64,000 nucleotides of DNA from a virus (taxonomy: Duplodnaviria; Heunggongvirae; Uroviricota; Caudoviricetes). Made by a program: the position numbers and the translations under genes. Below, in pieces: positions 1-9,817 of the stretch (positions are counted from its first letter, which is position 1; each line of letters begins with the position of its first letter). Location: the IMG/VR virus record IMGVR_UViG_3300046522_000748; one strand, 5' to 3'. The notes under the pieces were generated by a model. That model searched no databases and had not been told where the DNA came from. It saw only the letters and a list, made by a program, of their open reading frames with translations.

Positions 1-83
1 AGTAATGTACTGTCGCCCCAGGCTTTTCCTGACCCTTGTGTCCATAATGGCAACCCTTGAATTAAATAATTAGTCGTTTGTAA

Positions 84-1409
84 TTACAACAAGTCCCAGT
101 TTTTCAACTTGTTGGTCAACTGTCCCAAGGCAATGCCAGGGTGATTAAATGTCGAGTTTGGCAGCCCATCCTGAAAAAGCAGGTCAGGCAGTGCGCTCAA
201 TTGCTTGGCAGCAGCTCGAAGCTCCACGAGGGCGAATTCAGGATCAATAAAATGGCTGAGAGACTGGCATGCCAGCTTCCAGTCCATCGCTCCACCCACT
301 TCGATGGGTCTTTTCCACTTCGTGGAGCGAGAAACGCCTTCGTCATCCATCGCCATCGGTGCCACGTCATAAAGCGGCGCCAGACGGATGCTGTTTTGTC
401 CGCGAATAATCGCAATGTTTCGACCGTGGTTATCGGTATCACCCAATAGGCGTTTAATCAGATCCCGTCGCAGGTACTCGGCAATCAGCTCGGGGATTTG
501 ATCTTGTTGTCCGGCCTGCCGCCACAATCCGGTGAGCAATTCGATGACCTGCCCATGTTCCATGTAGCTGCCTGGGACTATCACTTGCGCCAGCGAGTAG
601 ATCGACTCGACAGCATGACGCTGAACAGAGCCCGAGACGATATCCCGATCAAACCGTGGCAGCCACAGGCTCGGACGCTCGCCCTCCTCCAATCGCATCT
701 CAGGCGCCCTGATGGTATCGACGCCAAGCGAATGGAGGGCTTTGTAGTACAGGTATTCGCTGCGCAGAATAACTTGGTCTCTGGCCGTGCCGTTGTTTCT
801 CGCAAATTTCACCAACCAATGCTTGGAGGCCTGCGCGTCGTCCAGGTCGCTATCGGGATAGAGCAGCCCCTGTGTCGTCTCAGTGAGCAGCACTTTTGGG
901 GCCTCGCCACAGGCACCGAGTGCGGCCCGTATGTTTGCACCTTTAGATTGGGCAAAGTCGATAAACGAAGCGCTGTGGTCAGTGATGTCTTTGAGGCTAA
1001 AACCGATTGGCTCTCGACAGTCTGGGTCATCGACAGACTCCAGAATTCGCAGATGTCCTATCGGCGCCGGGGTGCAAGTCTCAAGTAGCAGGCCGTCACG
1101 ACTTCGCCCCTGTTGCTTGCTGATGTTCATATGCCGCAGCAATGCACGCTTGGCAGCGCCAGCAGGCGCGATGTCGAAGAGGAAAGCCGGTGATGTCGGG
1201 TATTGAAGACTGTCCCAGCTTAGTGGCGCCATGGCACTCACAGAGCGCGAGAAAACGCTGTGCAGATGTTCGATATTGTCGAGAACATAAGCCGGTTGGT
1301 AATTAACGCTGAAGCGCCCCGCCAGACCTTTCTCTGGTTCGTGCAGAATGAGTGCGGCAGTGTCATGCCATTGGTCATCCCAGTACGTCTGAAGGGTAAG
1401 ATTCTGCAT
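84..1409 (-). CDS. hipA: HipA-family serine/threonine kinase toxin (no adjacent HipB seen)
   Basis: Motifs GACGEAPK, WLVKF, RFDR, DTDNHGRN, LAPLYDVAP; 441 aa. Confidence 0.9.
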   Translation of the reverse strand: MQNLTLQTYWDDQWHDTAALILHEPEKGLAGRFSVNYQPAYVLDNIEHLHSVFSRSVSAMAPLSWDSLQYPTSPAFLFDIAPAGAAKRALLRHMNISKQQGRSRDGLLLETCTPAPIGHLRILESVDDPDCREPIGFSLKDITDHSASFIDFAQSKGANIRAALGACGEAPKVLLTETTQGLLYPDSDLDDAQASKHWLVKFARNNGTARDQVILRSEYLYYKALHSLGVDTIRAPEMRLEEGERPSLWLPRFDRDIVSGSVQRHAVESIYSLAQVIVPGSYMEHGQVIELLTGLWRQAGQQDQIPELIAEYLRRDLIKRLLGDTDNHGRNIAIIRGQNSIRLAPLYDVAPMAMDDEGVSRSTKWKRPIEVGGAMDWKLACQSLSHFIDPEFALVELRAAAKQLSALPDLLFQDGLPNSTFNHPGIALGQLTNKLKNWDLL

Positions 1410-1783
1410 AAAAGCGCCAATTCACCGTGTGAAAAAACAAATCACCTAATGGAGCGACCCATTAGGTGATTACTCGGAGATTTTACGAGTGGCCTACCGA
1501 ATATCCACCTCAGGGGAGCTGATTCTCGCCTTGTCCCCAATCGCATGTGCGACACCTGATCGCTCAGGTCACTAGGGTTAATCCGCAGTCACTCTTGTTA
1601 GGATCATAACTCAAGAGAAGAATGGTACGCTGGAATACACACTCATGCTCCCTCTGCAATTCACCGACATATATGCCGTGGGTGTCTCGCAGGCGACCAG
1701 CGCCGCCAATCAGCTTAATTAGCGTAGAGATGGTTACATAATATTCATTTATCTTGAATCTGTCAATCGTTTTCAGCCGCTGC

Positions 1784-2101
1784 TTAATGCGCACTCGCCT
1801 GAATCCAAACCTCTTCGCGACCATTGGCTTCGCATTCAAGAACGTCACCATCAGTAAACTCAATGGTCAATGACCGGCGTTCAGTAGAGCCGTCATAGTC
1901 AATCGAAGCGATGGTTTTACCGACACACTCGATGGGTGTACCTGATCCATTAAGCGACGTGTTCAACCACAGTTCGCCATGACCGGCAACGCTGATGGAA
2001 AGGACGCTGCTTCCGGTGAGGTTGAAATCGAAGCCAAACGAATTGTCCTGGACGAAATCCGTGCTTTCGATGGTCTCGCCGACAAGATCTTGAACGTCCA
2101 T
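1784..2101 (-). CDS. hypothetical protein
   Basis: 105 aa acidic ORF downstream of box promoter at 2166. Confidence 0.7.
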   Translation of the reverse strand: MDVQDLVGETIESTDFVQDNSFGFDFNLTGSSVLSISVAGHGELWLNTSLNGSGTPIECVGKTIASIDYDGSTERRSLTIEFTDGDVLECEANGREEVWIQASAH

Positions 2102-2165
2102 TCTTAGCTCCTGGGAATATCATTAACTGTGCAATCGGGCCATTATGACGACCCCCATGCACAAT

Positions 2166-2182
2166 TGTCAATACCAGTGACA
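2166..2182 (-). promoter_or_regulatory. TGTCA-N7-TGACA box overlapping -35
   Basis: tgtca ataccag tgaca (perfect). Confidence 0.75.
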
Positions 2183-2185
2183 TTT

Positions 2186-2899
2186 TCAGTGGCTTTCGAG
2201 GGTCACCCACCAGCCACGAAAATCACTGTAATGTACGTAGAGTGCGCCATTGTCGCCAATGACCGGGCTGTGCATTGTGCAAAAAATCGTATCCTGCGTG
2301 CTTTCCTGATCGCTTTGGATACCCCAGGCATAGCCACCGAAATACGGTGCATCGCGTGGCACCAACTTGTTCGCATACTCCCAGTATTCATCCATCAAGG
2401 ACATGTCCTTCATGCTTTCGAATACGTCCACTGTTTCCGAAGGAACTGGCACCAGCCTCATGATGGAGTACTGATAAACAACCCCAGCCGGACGTGGCTT
2501 CCACTGAATCTCCTTCGCAGGACGCGAATCGAAATAGGTGATGCCTTTCCAATCGCCTCTCAGGTCGAGAAATACCCACAGTACACCCACGGAGGGTAGA
2601 TCAGGACAGTTCCTTGCCTGCCATGGAATTTCTTCAAGGTTTACTTGCAGCCAAAATGTTGGCCCATCCAATGGTGAGCCCGGCGAGCAGTATTGAATGG
2701 GGAAATCCGGGTTTTCAGGAATATCAGGAAGACCCAGCCAGTGGGTATAACCCATGGCTGGAAGGTCACCAACGGGCGGTGTCTTCAGTGACCCTTTGGT
2801 TGGCTTGAATACCGCTGCTTGCCGCGCCGCTCGTTCGATGGCGTGCGCATACACATTCAGGTCGCCGGGAATGGTTTGGTGATCAATCGGTGCAGGCAT
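2186..2899 (-). CDS. DUF1963/YwqG-like protein
   Basis: FWLQVNLEEIP, LPSVGVLWVF, FGGYAWGIQ, GDNGALYV match the family pattern. Confidence 0.7.
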   Translation of the reverse strand: MPAPIDHQTIPGDLNVYAHAIERAARQAAVFKPTKGSLKTPPVGDLPAMGYTHWLGLPDIPENPDFPIQYCSPGSPLDGPTFWLQVNLEEIPWQARNCPDLPSVGVLWVFLDLRGDWKGITYFDSRPAKEIQWKPRPAGVVYQYSIMRLVPVPSETVDVFESMKDMSLMDEYWEYANKLVPRDAPYFGGYAWGIQSDQESTQDTIFCTMHSPVIGDNGALYVHYSDFRGWWVTLESH

Positions 2900-2920
2900 G
2901 ATTTTTCTCGATGTGAGGTT

Positions 2921-3130
2921 TTAACGTGATGCGTCGTGATGGGCAGCCAACCAAAGCTCGGCCATTTCCTGGCGAATCCGGCGCAGGTCACGTGTGGCCC
3001 ACACCTTCATGATTTGTGCGTCACTCAATATGTCGAAGCAGCCGGTTTTGGTTTCCATTCGGACATACCAATGCTCGACGCCTTCAATTTCCCGTGAGGC
3101 GAGATGAGGCACAAACGCAACGTGGGCCAT
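2921..3130 (-). CDS. hypothetical protein
   Basis: Start moved to MAHVAF to avoid overlap with upstream gene. Confidence 0.5.
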   Translation of the reverse strand: MAHVAFVPHLASREIEGVEHWYVRMETKTGCFDILSDAQIMKVWATRDLRRIRQEMAELWLAAHHDASR

Positions 3131-3179
3131 TTTTTTTCCTATCAGTTCTGGGGAGCACCGTTTGGGTGCGCACGTTGGT

Positions 3180-3425
3180 TCACCATTTGCGAGAATCTTC
3201 TGGATGGCCTGCCTTGAAGCCATCCCAGGCATAGAAGTAAGGGCCATTTCCTGCCTCAACAAGCTCAGTAACCCATATTTTCACCACGTCGTAGTCGTCG
3301 TGGGACTCATAATCGAGCAAGGCGAGACTGGCAATTGCAGCGAGACCGTATTGGCCGGTTTTCACCTCAAGAGTTTGCTCTGGGCCACCATTGATTTGGA
3401 CGCAAAACATCGTTTTATCTGACAT
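3180..3425 (-). CDS. hypothetical protein
   Basis: 81 aa ORF, AAGGA RBS. Confidence 0.65.
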   Translation of the reverse strand: MSDKTMFCVQINGGPEQTLEVKTGQYGLAAIASLALLDYESHDDYDVVKIWVTELVEAGNGPYFYAWDGFKAGHPEDSRKW

Positions 3426-3476
3426 ATATTTTCCTTCAGAAACTGCTACGGCGCAAACGGCACCTCTTCTACTGAC

Positions 3477-3499
3477 AAAGCCCCGAGAAACGGGGCTTT
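3477..3499. terminator. intrinsic terminator
   Basis: aaagccccg-agaaa-cggggcttt. Confidence 0.65.
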
Positions 3500-3520
3500 G
3501 TGTATGGCTTGATCAATAAC

Positions 3521-3706
3521 TCAATCGACTTTGTAGAGTGTGCCGATTTCCTTGACCTCGTACAGGTCAAAGTCATTATCATGAGGGATGCCAAGCTCAT
3601 TGCAGGCAGCAGAAACATCGCCACCAGTGATGCGATCCGGGAGCATCTGCCGTTCCTGGCACCATTCAGCGATGTCGTAAAGTTGCTTGGTGGTAAACCG
3701 CGTCAT
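3521..3706 (-). CDS. hypothetical protein
   Basis: 61 aa, ATGA coupling with upstream gene. Confidence 0.65.
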   Translation of the reverse strand: MTRFTTKQLYDIAEWCQERQMLPDRITGGDVSAACNELGIPHDNDFDLYEVKEIGTLYKVD

Positions 3707-3891
3707 TGCTGCGCCTCCCCGGCTGGTTTTTTCTGATCCAAACTGTCATACCCGGCGATGAAGTCGTGCCACTGCTGGCAGCCTGGAAGCAGGTTTTTCA
3801 GCGCGGATTCTTTGATATCTATACCGTCCTGACGAGCCGATACACCAGCGTTATAGGCAATGGACGTTTCCTGTTCAGCGGTTGTACTCAT
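3703..3891 (-). CDS. hypothetical protein
   Basis: Start MSTTAEQ after AGGAG. Confidence 0.65.
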   Translation of the reverse strand: MSTTAEQETSIAYNAGVSARQDGIDIKESALKNLLPGCQQWHDFIAGYDSLDQKKPAGEAQQ

Positions 3892-3931
3892 TGAAAACTC
3901 CTGTGGTGATCGGTCGTGTCGGAATCCCGGA

Positions 3932-4351
3932 TTAAACGAAGGCAACTACTTTCTTCAGCGTCCGGATCACAGGTGTTTTTTCAAAGGGAACGAGGCAGTC
4001 AAAGCAGCCGGACTGGTAGAAATCGATGGTTTCACCGTCTGGATCATAGCCGCCCTCTTTGCTCAGGCGCTGCGCAATGACACGGTGGCCGTCAGGGTAG
4101 GTATCGTTGCCCGCATTGCCGCCGCCATCAAAGCGAGTGTCAATAACGATGTACTCACCACGGAAGGTGTCTGTCTTCAGCTTCTTCCTGGCGCCATTGT
4201 CGAGGATGTCGCCGACGCTGATGGTTTTTTTGGTGAGTTCTGTGTTTTTTGGCATGCCGGTGTAGACGAACATTTGGGGAATGCTCGCCCGAATCTTCAT
4301 CCCTTGGGTCACCGCGAACACATCGCCAACGTTCAAATATTGTTGAGTCAT
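3932..4351 (-). CDS. hypothetical protein
   Basis: 139 aa, first gene after box promoter 4416. Confidence 0.75.
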   Translation of the reverse strand: MTQQYLNVGDVFAVTQGMKIRASIPQMFVYTGMPKNTELTKKTISVGDILDNGARKKLKTDTFRGEYIVIDTRFDGGGNAGNDTYPDGHRVIAQRLSKEGGYDPDGETIDFYQSGCFDCLVPFEKTPVIRTLKKVVAFV

Positions 4352-4415
4352 GAGTCTGTCCTTGTTCGCCTGCGCATGATTTATTGATGAGAAGTATAGC
4401 TTAAATCCAGGCCAT

Positions 4416-4432
4416 TGTCAATCATAATGACA
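4416..4432 (-). promoter_or_regulatory. TGTCA-N7-TGACA box / sigma70 promoter
   Basis: perfect box; TTGACA-17-TATACT on minus strand. Confidence 0.85.
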
Positions 4433-4485
4433 CTGATGCGGCGTGCTTAATTTGTCTGCATGCCGCATCAGGCTCGGTTTTTCGC

Positions 4486-5226
4486 TTAGCCCTTGAGCTG
4501 TTCTGTCACCTTGGCCAGCTCAGCTTCAAGCTCTTTTTGCTTGGCCGTGAGGTGGCGTTTCATCAGGAATTTTTCAATACCGGTCTTCATCGACATCAGC
4601 AGCTTGCGCGAGATTTCCTGGTTGGTTGCTCGTGCCACCGCGCCGTACATTCTGAGGTTCAGCACACCATCGGCATCGTGACTGAAGGAAAAGCTCGATT
4701 TTGCGTCGGTCAGAAAACCTGACTGCCGGTATTTGTGCTTGAACTTCTCCAGCTGTGTTTGCATGTGATCGATCATCGACTCAACCGCCTTGCAGCCTTC
4801 GGCAAAACCATCGCCTTCATCGGTACTGAAGGTGAATTGATCGATGTCGCACAGTTCCTGTTCGATACGGGTTTCACCTTGCAGGTTGATTTTGTCCAGA
4901 TTGACCAGCCAGATTTCCTGGAGGTCATCCACGACCCAATCGATGACGCCACGATCTTGGCGTGTGGAAAGGATGAACTTGAATTGGGTGAAATCGACCG
5001 AGTTTAGATTGAGGCGATTGCCGGTGAAGGTCAGATCGCCGAGGGTCAGTTCTTCTTCGCCGGAAATCTTCAGGGCGCGCTTGACCGAAAATGGCGTGAG
5101 GTTGCCGCAACGAGCACCGTAACGATCATTAGGGATTTCGTAATGGCAGTTCATTGCCTTGTCCACAGTGAGAAAGGTAAACGGCCCTGCCGTTTTAGAA
5201 ACCAGAATGGCAATGAAGTCGCTCAT
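4486..5226 (-). CDS. hypothetical protein, C-terminal coiled coil
   Basis: 246 aa; GAGG RBS; box promoter at 5279. Confidence 0.8.
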   Translation of the reverse strand: MSDFIAILVSKTAGPFTFLTVDKAMNCHYEIPNDRYGARCGNLTPFSVKRALKISGEEELTLGDLTFTGNRLNLNSVDFTQFKFILSTRQDRGVIDWVVDDLQEIWLVNLDKINLQGETRIEQELCDIDQFTFSTDEGDGFAEGCKAVESMIDHMQTQLEKFKHKYRQSGFLTDAKSSFSFSHDADGVLNLRMYGAVARATNQEISRKLLMSMKTGIEKFLMKRHLTAKQKELEAELAKVTEQLKG

Positions 5227-5278
5227 GGGACACCTCGATCATTAATATGGTATGAATTATACCCAGCAACAATCTCGA

Positions 5279-5295
5279 TGTCAACATGATTGACT
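5279..5295 (-). promoter_or_regulatory. box variant / sigma70 promoter
   Basis: tgtca acatgat tgact; TTGACA-17-TATAAT. Confidence 0.8.
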
Positions 5296-5308
5296 GTATT
5301 TTGTTTCG

Positions 5309-5725
5309 CTATTGCTTGGCGAGGAATGCTGCATGCACCTTGTCCAGGGTTTCCCGAAAAGCCAGAAGCCCTTCTGGGGTATCGATGTGGTAGCTGCCAA
5401 TGGCAAACCCTTTGAAGTCTTCGGGTGCTTGGCCACCGGCACAGCCGCTCACACGCGCCTCCCCGCCAAATTGATTATCCAGCTCTTTGGCGAACTCATA
5501 GGGAATGCCTGGGCCTTGGGCGATCCAGTAATACCACGAACGTTCAAAGCTCCAGCCCAAGTGGGAGCCAATGACGATGGTGTCCACCTCACGTGTGCCC
5601 ATTTTTTTGCGCATGAACTCTGGCGCTTTTTCAAAGCTGATCCCCGCAGCTTCCAGTTCAGACTGGTTTACATCGTCGGTCATTGGAACCCCGGCGAGAT
5701 TGGGAAACGTGTTGTGTTTTGGCAT
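5309..5725 (-). CDS. hypothetical protein
   Basis: 138 aa ORF with RBS. Confidence 0.75.
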   Translation of the reverse strand: MPKHNTFPNLAGVPMTDDVNQSELEAAGISFEKAPEFMRKKMGTREVDTIVIGSHLGWSFERSWYYWIAQGPGIPYEFAKELDNQFGGEARVSGCAGGQAPEDFKGFAIGSYHIDTPEGLLAFRETLDKVHAAFLAKQ

Positions 5726-5740
5726 AACGACTCTCCTGAG

Positions 5741-6550
5741 TTAGATTGCGGGCGCACCCATGATTTTCCATTTGTTGTCCACCGGCACCAATGAGAGCAT
5801 GTCCAGGCGCTCCAGTTCTTCGTACAGCGGTTTAGCCATGTCGCTCAGCGTATAGAGGGACAGGTTGGCCAGCCAGAACATTTCGCTGATGCACACCTGA
5901 TTGTCTGCATTGGGGCGTTTGAGCATCCCGTTGATCATGGGCACGGCTTCAGCACTCAACGAAAACAGTTGTTCCTTCGGATTGAAGGCCGGTGCAGGCT
6001 TCTCGGTCTTGAGGCGATAGACGTTACCGCCTTCGTCGTAGTCCTTGGTTTCGCGGGTGGGCGAAACGAACAAATAAGGCTGCGCACATTCAAACACCCA
6101 ACGGGTCGGATCGACGATCTTGCCGTCTGGCGTTTCGATCCAGCCATGGTGAACCAGCGGCTTGCCGTAGAAAATGCTGCCGGGGGCGCTGGTGCCCAGA
6201 AAATGCCCGTAAACGGCGCGACCTTCAACCAGACCCGCTTTGAGAATCGCGCAGGCAATGCCGTAGCAGTTGCCCGGCCACTCGGAAAGTGGAATGTCGA
6301 TGGCGTCGGCCACATCTTCAGCCTTCAAGGAGTGAACGTTTTTGGTCGGCTTCTCCAGTACTTCTGGATAGTCCTCGGCCAGTGCTTTCAACGGCGTCAT
6401 ACCTTGATCAAACGCTTCGCGCCATGCATCACGGTCAGAGACGTTGATGTCAAACTTGCGCGCCAGCAGCTCCAGATCGTCGTACCAGTTCATGAACAGC
6501 AGGCTGTCACGATCATCATCGAAGTCATCGTCGCAAAAGTCGTCATTCAT
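5741..6550 (-). CDS. hypothetical protein, possible papain/transglutaminase-like Cys-His-Asp triad
   Basis: GNCY...HHGW...IVDPT pattern; function inferred only. Confidence 0.6.
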   Translation of the reverse strand: MNDDFCDDDFDDDRDSLLFMNWYDDLELLARKFDINVSDRDAWREAFDQGMTPLKALAEDYPEVLEKPTKNVHSLKAEDVADAIDIPLSEWPGNCYGIACAILKAGLVEGRAVYGHFLGTSAPGSIFYGKPLVHHGWIETPDGKIVDPTRWVFECAQPYLFVSPTRETKDYDEGGNVYRLKTEKPAPAFNPKEQLFSLSAEAVPMINGMLKRPNADNQVCISEMFWLANLSLYTLSDMAKPLYEELERLDMLSLVPVDNKWKIMGAPAI

Positions 6551-6606
6551 TGTGCGTCTACTCTGCTCTTTCAGTGGTTTAACGGCGTCATCGACGCCTT
6601 GTGGGG

Positions 6607-6852
6607 TCAGTCAGCTTTGGATTCGAGTGCAGCTTGTTCTGCGCGTTTGGCAATACGAGGATCAATGACACCGAAACGCGAGTTGTTGCACGCCAGACCT
6701 GCGCCGATCATCAAGACACCGCTGGGGTCATCGCCAATAAAGGCGCGTTGTTCTTCTGCGTACAGGCGAATGCTTTCTTCACTCCAACCGGCTTTGCGTT
6801 GAATCTCAGCCACGGAGATCAATTGTTTTTCAAATTCTTCTTTGGTCATCAC
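6607..6852 (-). CDS. hypothetical protein
   Basis: 81 aa ORF in minus-strand run. Confidence 0.6.
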   Translation of the reverse strand: MMTKEEFEKQLISVAEIQRKAGWSEESIRLYAEEQRAFIGDDPSGVLMIGAGLACNNSRFGVIDPRIAKRAEQAALESKAD

Positions 6853-6907
6853 GTGCTTCCTGTTGTTGTATTCGGAGATTTGATTAAATTGGGCAGCAGG
6901 CTGCTGC

Positions 6908-7033
6908 CTAATTAGCCGAGCCGCTTACCACCATAAAAGCGCCGGTCAGGAGCAGGCCAACAACGATGACGCACCCCATGGAAATCAGGGCGTAGCGAAA
7001 CTCATCAGGCAATTCATTAACAAGTGCTTTCAT
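6908..7033 (-). CDS. small single-pass membrane peptide
   Basis: Read by eye: MKALVNELPDEFRYALISMGCVIVVGLLLTGAFMVVSGSAN (41 aa). Confidence 0.5.
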   Translation of the reverse strand: MKALVNELPDEFRYALISMGCVIVVGLLLTGAFMVVSGSAN

Positions 7034-7155
7034 ATTTTTTACCGGGTCTGCGACCCAAAGTGACCAGCGGGGTGGCTCTCAACTCATAATTAGGTGGATC
7101 ATGCGCAGTGACATGATCCGGTGCGGCCAGTTGCTAGATTAGCTGGTGGAGCGGT

Positions 7156-7392
7156 TTAGCTGACGCGAGTGACGACGGAGCACGGAATCGGAATTTCGCC
7201 TTCCATGACCAGGAGTGCTTTGCACTGCGTGAAGTCAGTTGATTTGGCACCATTGGGCAGGCTGACCAGTGCGGTGGCGACGGCGGACTGCACTTGTTGA
7301 AGAGTACTGGTGCCCACGACGACGGTGCTGTCGCCAATGCTCAGGGCGTTGAGCTGCGCCTTGCGTGAGATGCCGGTTTTAATTTCTCGCAT
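7156..7392 (-). CDS. hypothetical protein
   Basis: 78 aa, AGGA RBS. Confidence 0.65.
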   Translation of the reverse strand: MREIKTGISRKAQLNALSIGDSTVVVGTSTLQQVQSAVATALVSLPNGAKSTDFTQCKALLVMEGEIPIPCSVVTRVS

Positions 7393-7404
7393 GTTGATGT
7401 CCTG

Positions 7405-7680
7405 TTACAGAGTGAGAGAGCGCACAAGGCGGCTAAAGGCGGATTCGATAACGGAATCCAGGATAATGGCGCGAACATCCTGAGGGCGCACGCTGGCGCC
7501 GTTCTGCAAGAACCAAACAGCCACTTCTTCGTCCGTTACAAAGCCCTTTTCGGCCAGCTTGGCGCGTTTGAGGGCGTAGGCGGCTTGAACATCCGCATCG
7601 TCCCAGGCCCATTCGCGCTGTGGGCGGTAATAGGGGGTGCTGGTGTGTTCGGGTATGGGTTGCGGCCATTCTTCTGCCAT
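7405..7680 (-). CDS. hypothetical protein
   Basis: Start moved to MAEEWP because the box promoter (7746) lies in the longer ORF. Confidence 0.65.
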   Translation of the reverse strand: MAEEWPQPIPEHTSTPYYRPQREWAWDDADVQAAYALKRAKLAEKGFVTDEEVAVWFLQNGASVRPQDVRAIILDSVIESAFSRLVRSLTL

Positions 7681-7745
7681 GTCGCTTTCCGTCCTGAATG
7701 CATAATTGCTTGATTGGTAGTGATTATACTCAGGCTTAGTGAGTT

Positions 7746-7762
7746 TGTCAATGCTGCTGACC
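7746..7762 (-). promoter_or_regulatory. box variant / sigma70 promoter
   Basis: tgtca atgctgc tgacc; TTGACA-17-TATAAT. Confidence 0.75.
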
Positions 7763-7811
7763 ACGCTTTGATCGTCAACCGTGTTATAATATAGAAATAA
7801 GGGGGGTAGCC

Positions 7812-8126
7812 ATGAGTGATAATACGCAAATGAATCCGATGTGTACCACGGAGCGCTCCGAGCTTGCGCCGGTTTTGCCTGATGATCTGGCTGACTTGCC
7901 GGTGGTGGGCGTTAAAGACTTCATAGAGCGCTTTGCGACGGCACGTGGCGTTGTGTATCGGCGAACATACCTGGATGATTTGGCTGAAACCATCACTCGG
8001 CTGTCAGGCGATGATATACAGCTTGATCCTACTGAAAAACTACTGGTGACCCTGAAAAGACAAGGCCACCTCAGCGGGCCTCAAATCATGCGCCTGCTGG
8101 CGAACTATCTAAAGGAGAGAAGATGA
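7812..8126 (+). CDS. small helical protein resembling genes found upstream of Fic-family genes
   Basis: LDDLAETITRLSGDD...TEKLLVTLKR...LLANYL; resemblance from memory only. Confidence 0.55.
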   Translation: MSDNTQMNPMCTTERSELAPVLPDDLADLPVVGVKDFIERFATARGVVYRRTYLDDLAETITRLSGDDIQLDPTEKLLVTLKRQGHLSGPQIMRLLANYLKERR

Positions 8127-9193
8127 ATTACGACACACTGGAGCGTCAGTTGGCGGATGCGATCAAAACGAATACGATCAAAGGGGCCAATTTTAGGTCG
8201 CTCGACCCTAATATATTTTCCACGGTGGCTTTGAATCTCACCAGTGGGGCTGCCGATTATCGGGCTTTTGTTTATGCAAAGCCGTTGTTCGACACCCACC
8301 CTGCTCAGGATGTGCTGGCTGCGCTCAGCGCTCATTTCTATCGCAATTATCATGCGCATCGCCCCTTGATGGAGTTTCTCCACAAAGCACAGCGTGAATT
8401 GCCAGCGAGTATTTCGCCCGTCGCACAAGCCGCCATTGAATCCGCTCAAAAGAAGCTGGCGCTGTCGGGTGGGCCTTGTGCCGCAGAGGGACTGGCTTGG
8501 CTCAGTACGATCAAGAGTTCCAATCTAAAGGCTGAGCATGCGGCTGAGGTAGAGGCCGTAAGGGAGTATGGGATTAGCGCAACTTATTCGGATGATTACA
8601 CTGTTCGTTCGCGAGAAGGTCTTGAAGCCCGTATGCGTGACGACGCACTGGAATTGGTCAAACCGATTTTTGAATCGATTGGATTTGATTACTTTCCCAA
8701 GCAGGCGCCGCGCATGGAGATCGGTATGGTTAATTTCTCACTGTTGGGAATGCCTGGGCTTGCTGATGCCGACTCGACGCCCAAAAACTCGCTCGATAAA
8801 TTATCGCAAACACTGCTCAAATTTGGTGGCGAGTTGCAGGCCGAGCACAACAAGTTCGCGGATAAAGTCGCCAAAGTGGTTGATCATGACACGCCAACTT
8901 ATGGGTGGGGGCCACGGGGCAATATCTTTTACGCACAGGCGAAAGAGTTGTTTCTGTCCATCGATAGGCAGGATTTGAGATCTCTCAAGGTTGAGCTAAT
9001 GGAAATCAAAAACAACACATTGGAGTCAATACGCGATTATTCAGTGACACCGGGTGTCAGCCGCAGCATTCAGACTCAAGAGGTCATGGCGTCCTACCAG
9101 CAGTTCCTGAAAGTGTTTGATCGTGCGCACCCCGATTATCACGCTGGAGTCCAGAAGCCCGCTCCAACATCGTCATTGGCGGCAGGGATGTAA
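8123..9193 (+). CDS. hypothetical protein with disordered C-terminal tail
   Basis: 356 aa, ATGA-coupled to upstream gene; ends KPAPTSSLAAGM. Confidence 0.8.
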   Translation: MNYDTLERQLADAIKTNTIKGANFRSLDPNIFSTVALNLTSGAADYRAFVYAKPLFDTHPAQDVLAALSAHFYRNYHAHRPLMEFLHKAQRELPASISPVAQAAIESAQKKLALSGGPCAAEGLAWLSTIKSSNLKAEHAAEVEAVREYGISATYSDDYTVRSREGLEARMRDDALELVKPIFESIGFDYFPKQAPRMEIGMVNFSLLGMPGLADADSTPKNSLDKLSQTLLKFGGELQAEHNKFADKVAKVVDHDTPTYGWGPRGNIFYAQAKELFLSIDRQDLRSLKVELMEIKNNTLESIRDYSVTPGVSRSIQTQEVMASYQQFLKVFDRAHPDYHAGVQKPAPTSSLAAGM

Positions 9194-9195
9194 CG

Positions 9196-9223
9196 AAAAG
9201 GCCAAGCGATTGCTTGGCCTTTT
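9196..9223. terminator. bidirectional intrinsic terminator
   Basis: aaaaggccaagc-gatt-gcttggcctttt between convergent genes. Confidence 0.85.
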
Positions 9224-9236
9224 CAATCTGAGTTAA

Positions 9237-9437
9237 TCAGTAACCCAGGTCTTGAACCAGCGTAAACACCATCGGCTCATTGCTGCCAGGAGCAACGTAG
9301 TCCGGCGCCACCTCTTTCAGAAAAGCTACCAGCGTTCCGGCTCGCTCTTGTTCGGCCAGTTTCGCCAGCGAGGCTTCTTTGCCGAGGCTGGTGAAGTACG
9401 AGTGATCACGCGGTTTTTCTTCGTAAAAGTCTGGCAT
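9237..9437 (-). CDS. hypothetical protein
   Basis: 66 aa ORF. Confidence 0.6.
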   Translation of the reverse strand: MPDFYEEKPRDHSYFTSLGKEASLAKLAEQERAGTLVAFLKEVAPDYVAPGSNEPMVFTLVQDLGY

Positions 9438-9462
9438 ATGACATCTTCTCTTTGGCTGATTA

Positions 9463-9747
9463 TTAAGTCGCGCTCGACGCGGCGGCGCGCACTGTCGTTT
9501 CGTTTTCTCTTACAAACTTATGAACTGCACCACGCACTTCTGTGTCGGAAAAGCCCCAGCAAATGCCTTGCCCCAAAGTGTTTTCTGGAATCAGCATAAA
9601 CAGCGACTTTTGCTGTGCTGGCGTAGGCTCATCAAATCCGATATCGGCCAGTGCGTCATGAAAGACGTAGATATCATCATCATCCTCACTGGTGTTGTTC
9701 CAAAAAGCGTCACGTACGGCTTGTAAGCGTTTATCGTAATCTGTCAT
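9463..9747 (-). CDS. hypothetical protein
   Basis: 94 aa acidic ORF. Confidence 0.7.
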   Translation of the reverse strand: MTDYDKRLQAVRDAFWNNTSEDDDDIYVFHDALADIGFDEPTPAQQKSLFMLIPENTLGQGICWGFSDTEVRGAVHKFVRENETTVRAAASSAT

Positions 9748-9817
9748 GGTGTTTACTCTGTTAAGGTTTGCTTATTACTAGGGGTTGGCTGCCCGGTGTA
9801 CCGGGCAGCCTGAAATT

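Noticed and set aside
1564-1863. 99-aa ORF as HipB
   Set aside because: No HTH pattern and it overlaps the better-supported 1784-2101 gene
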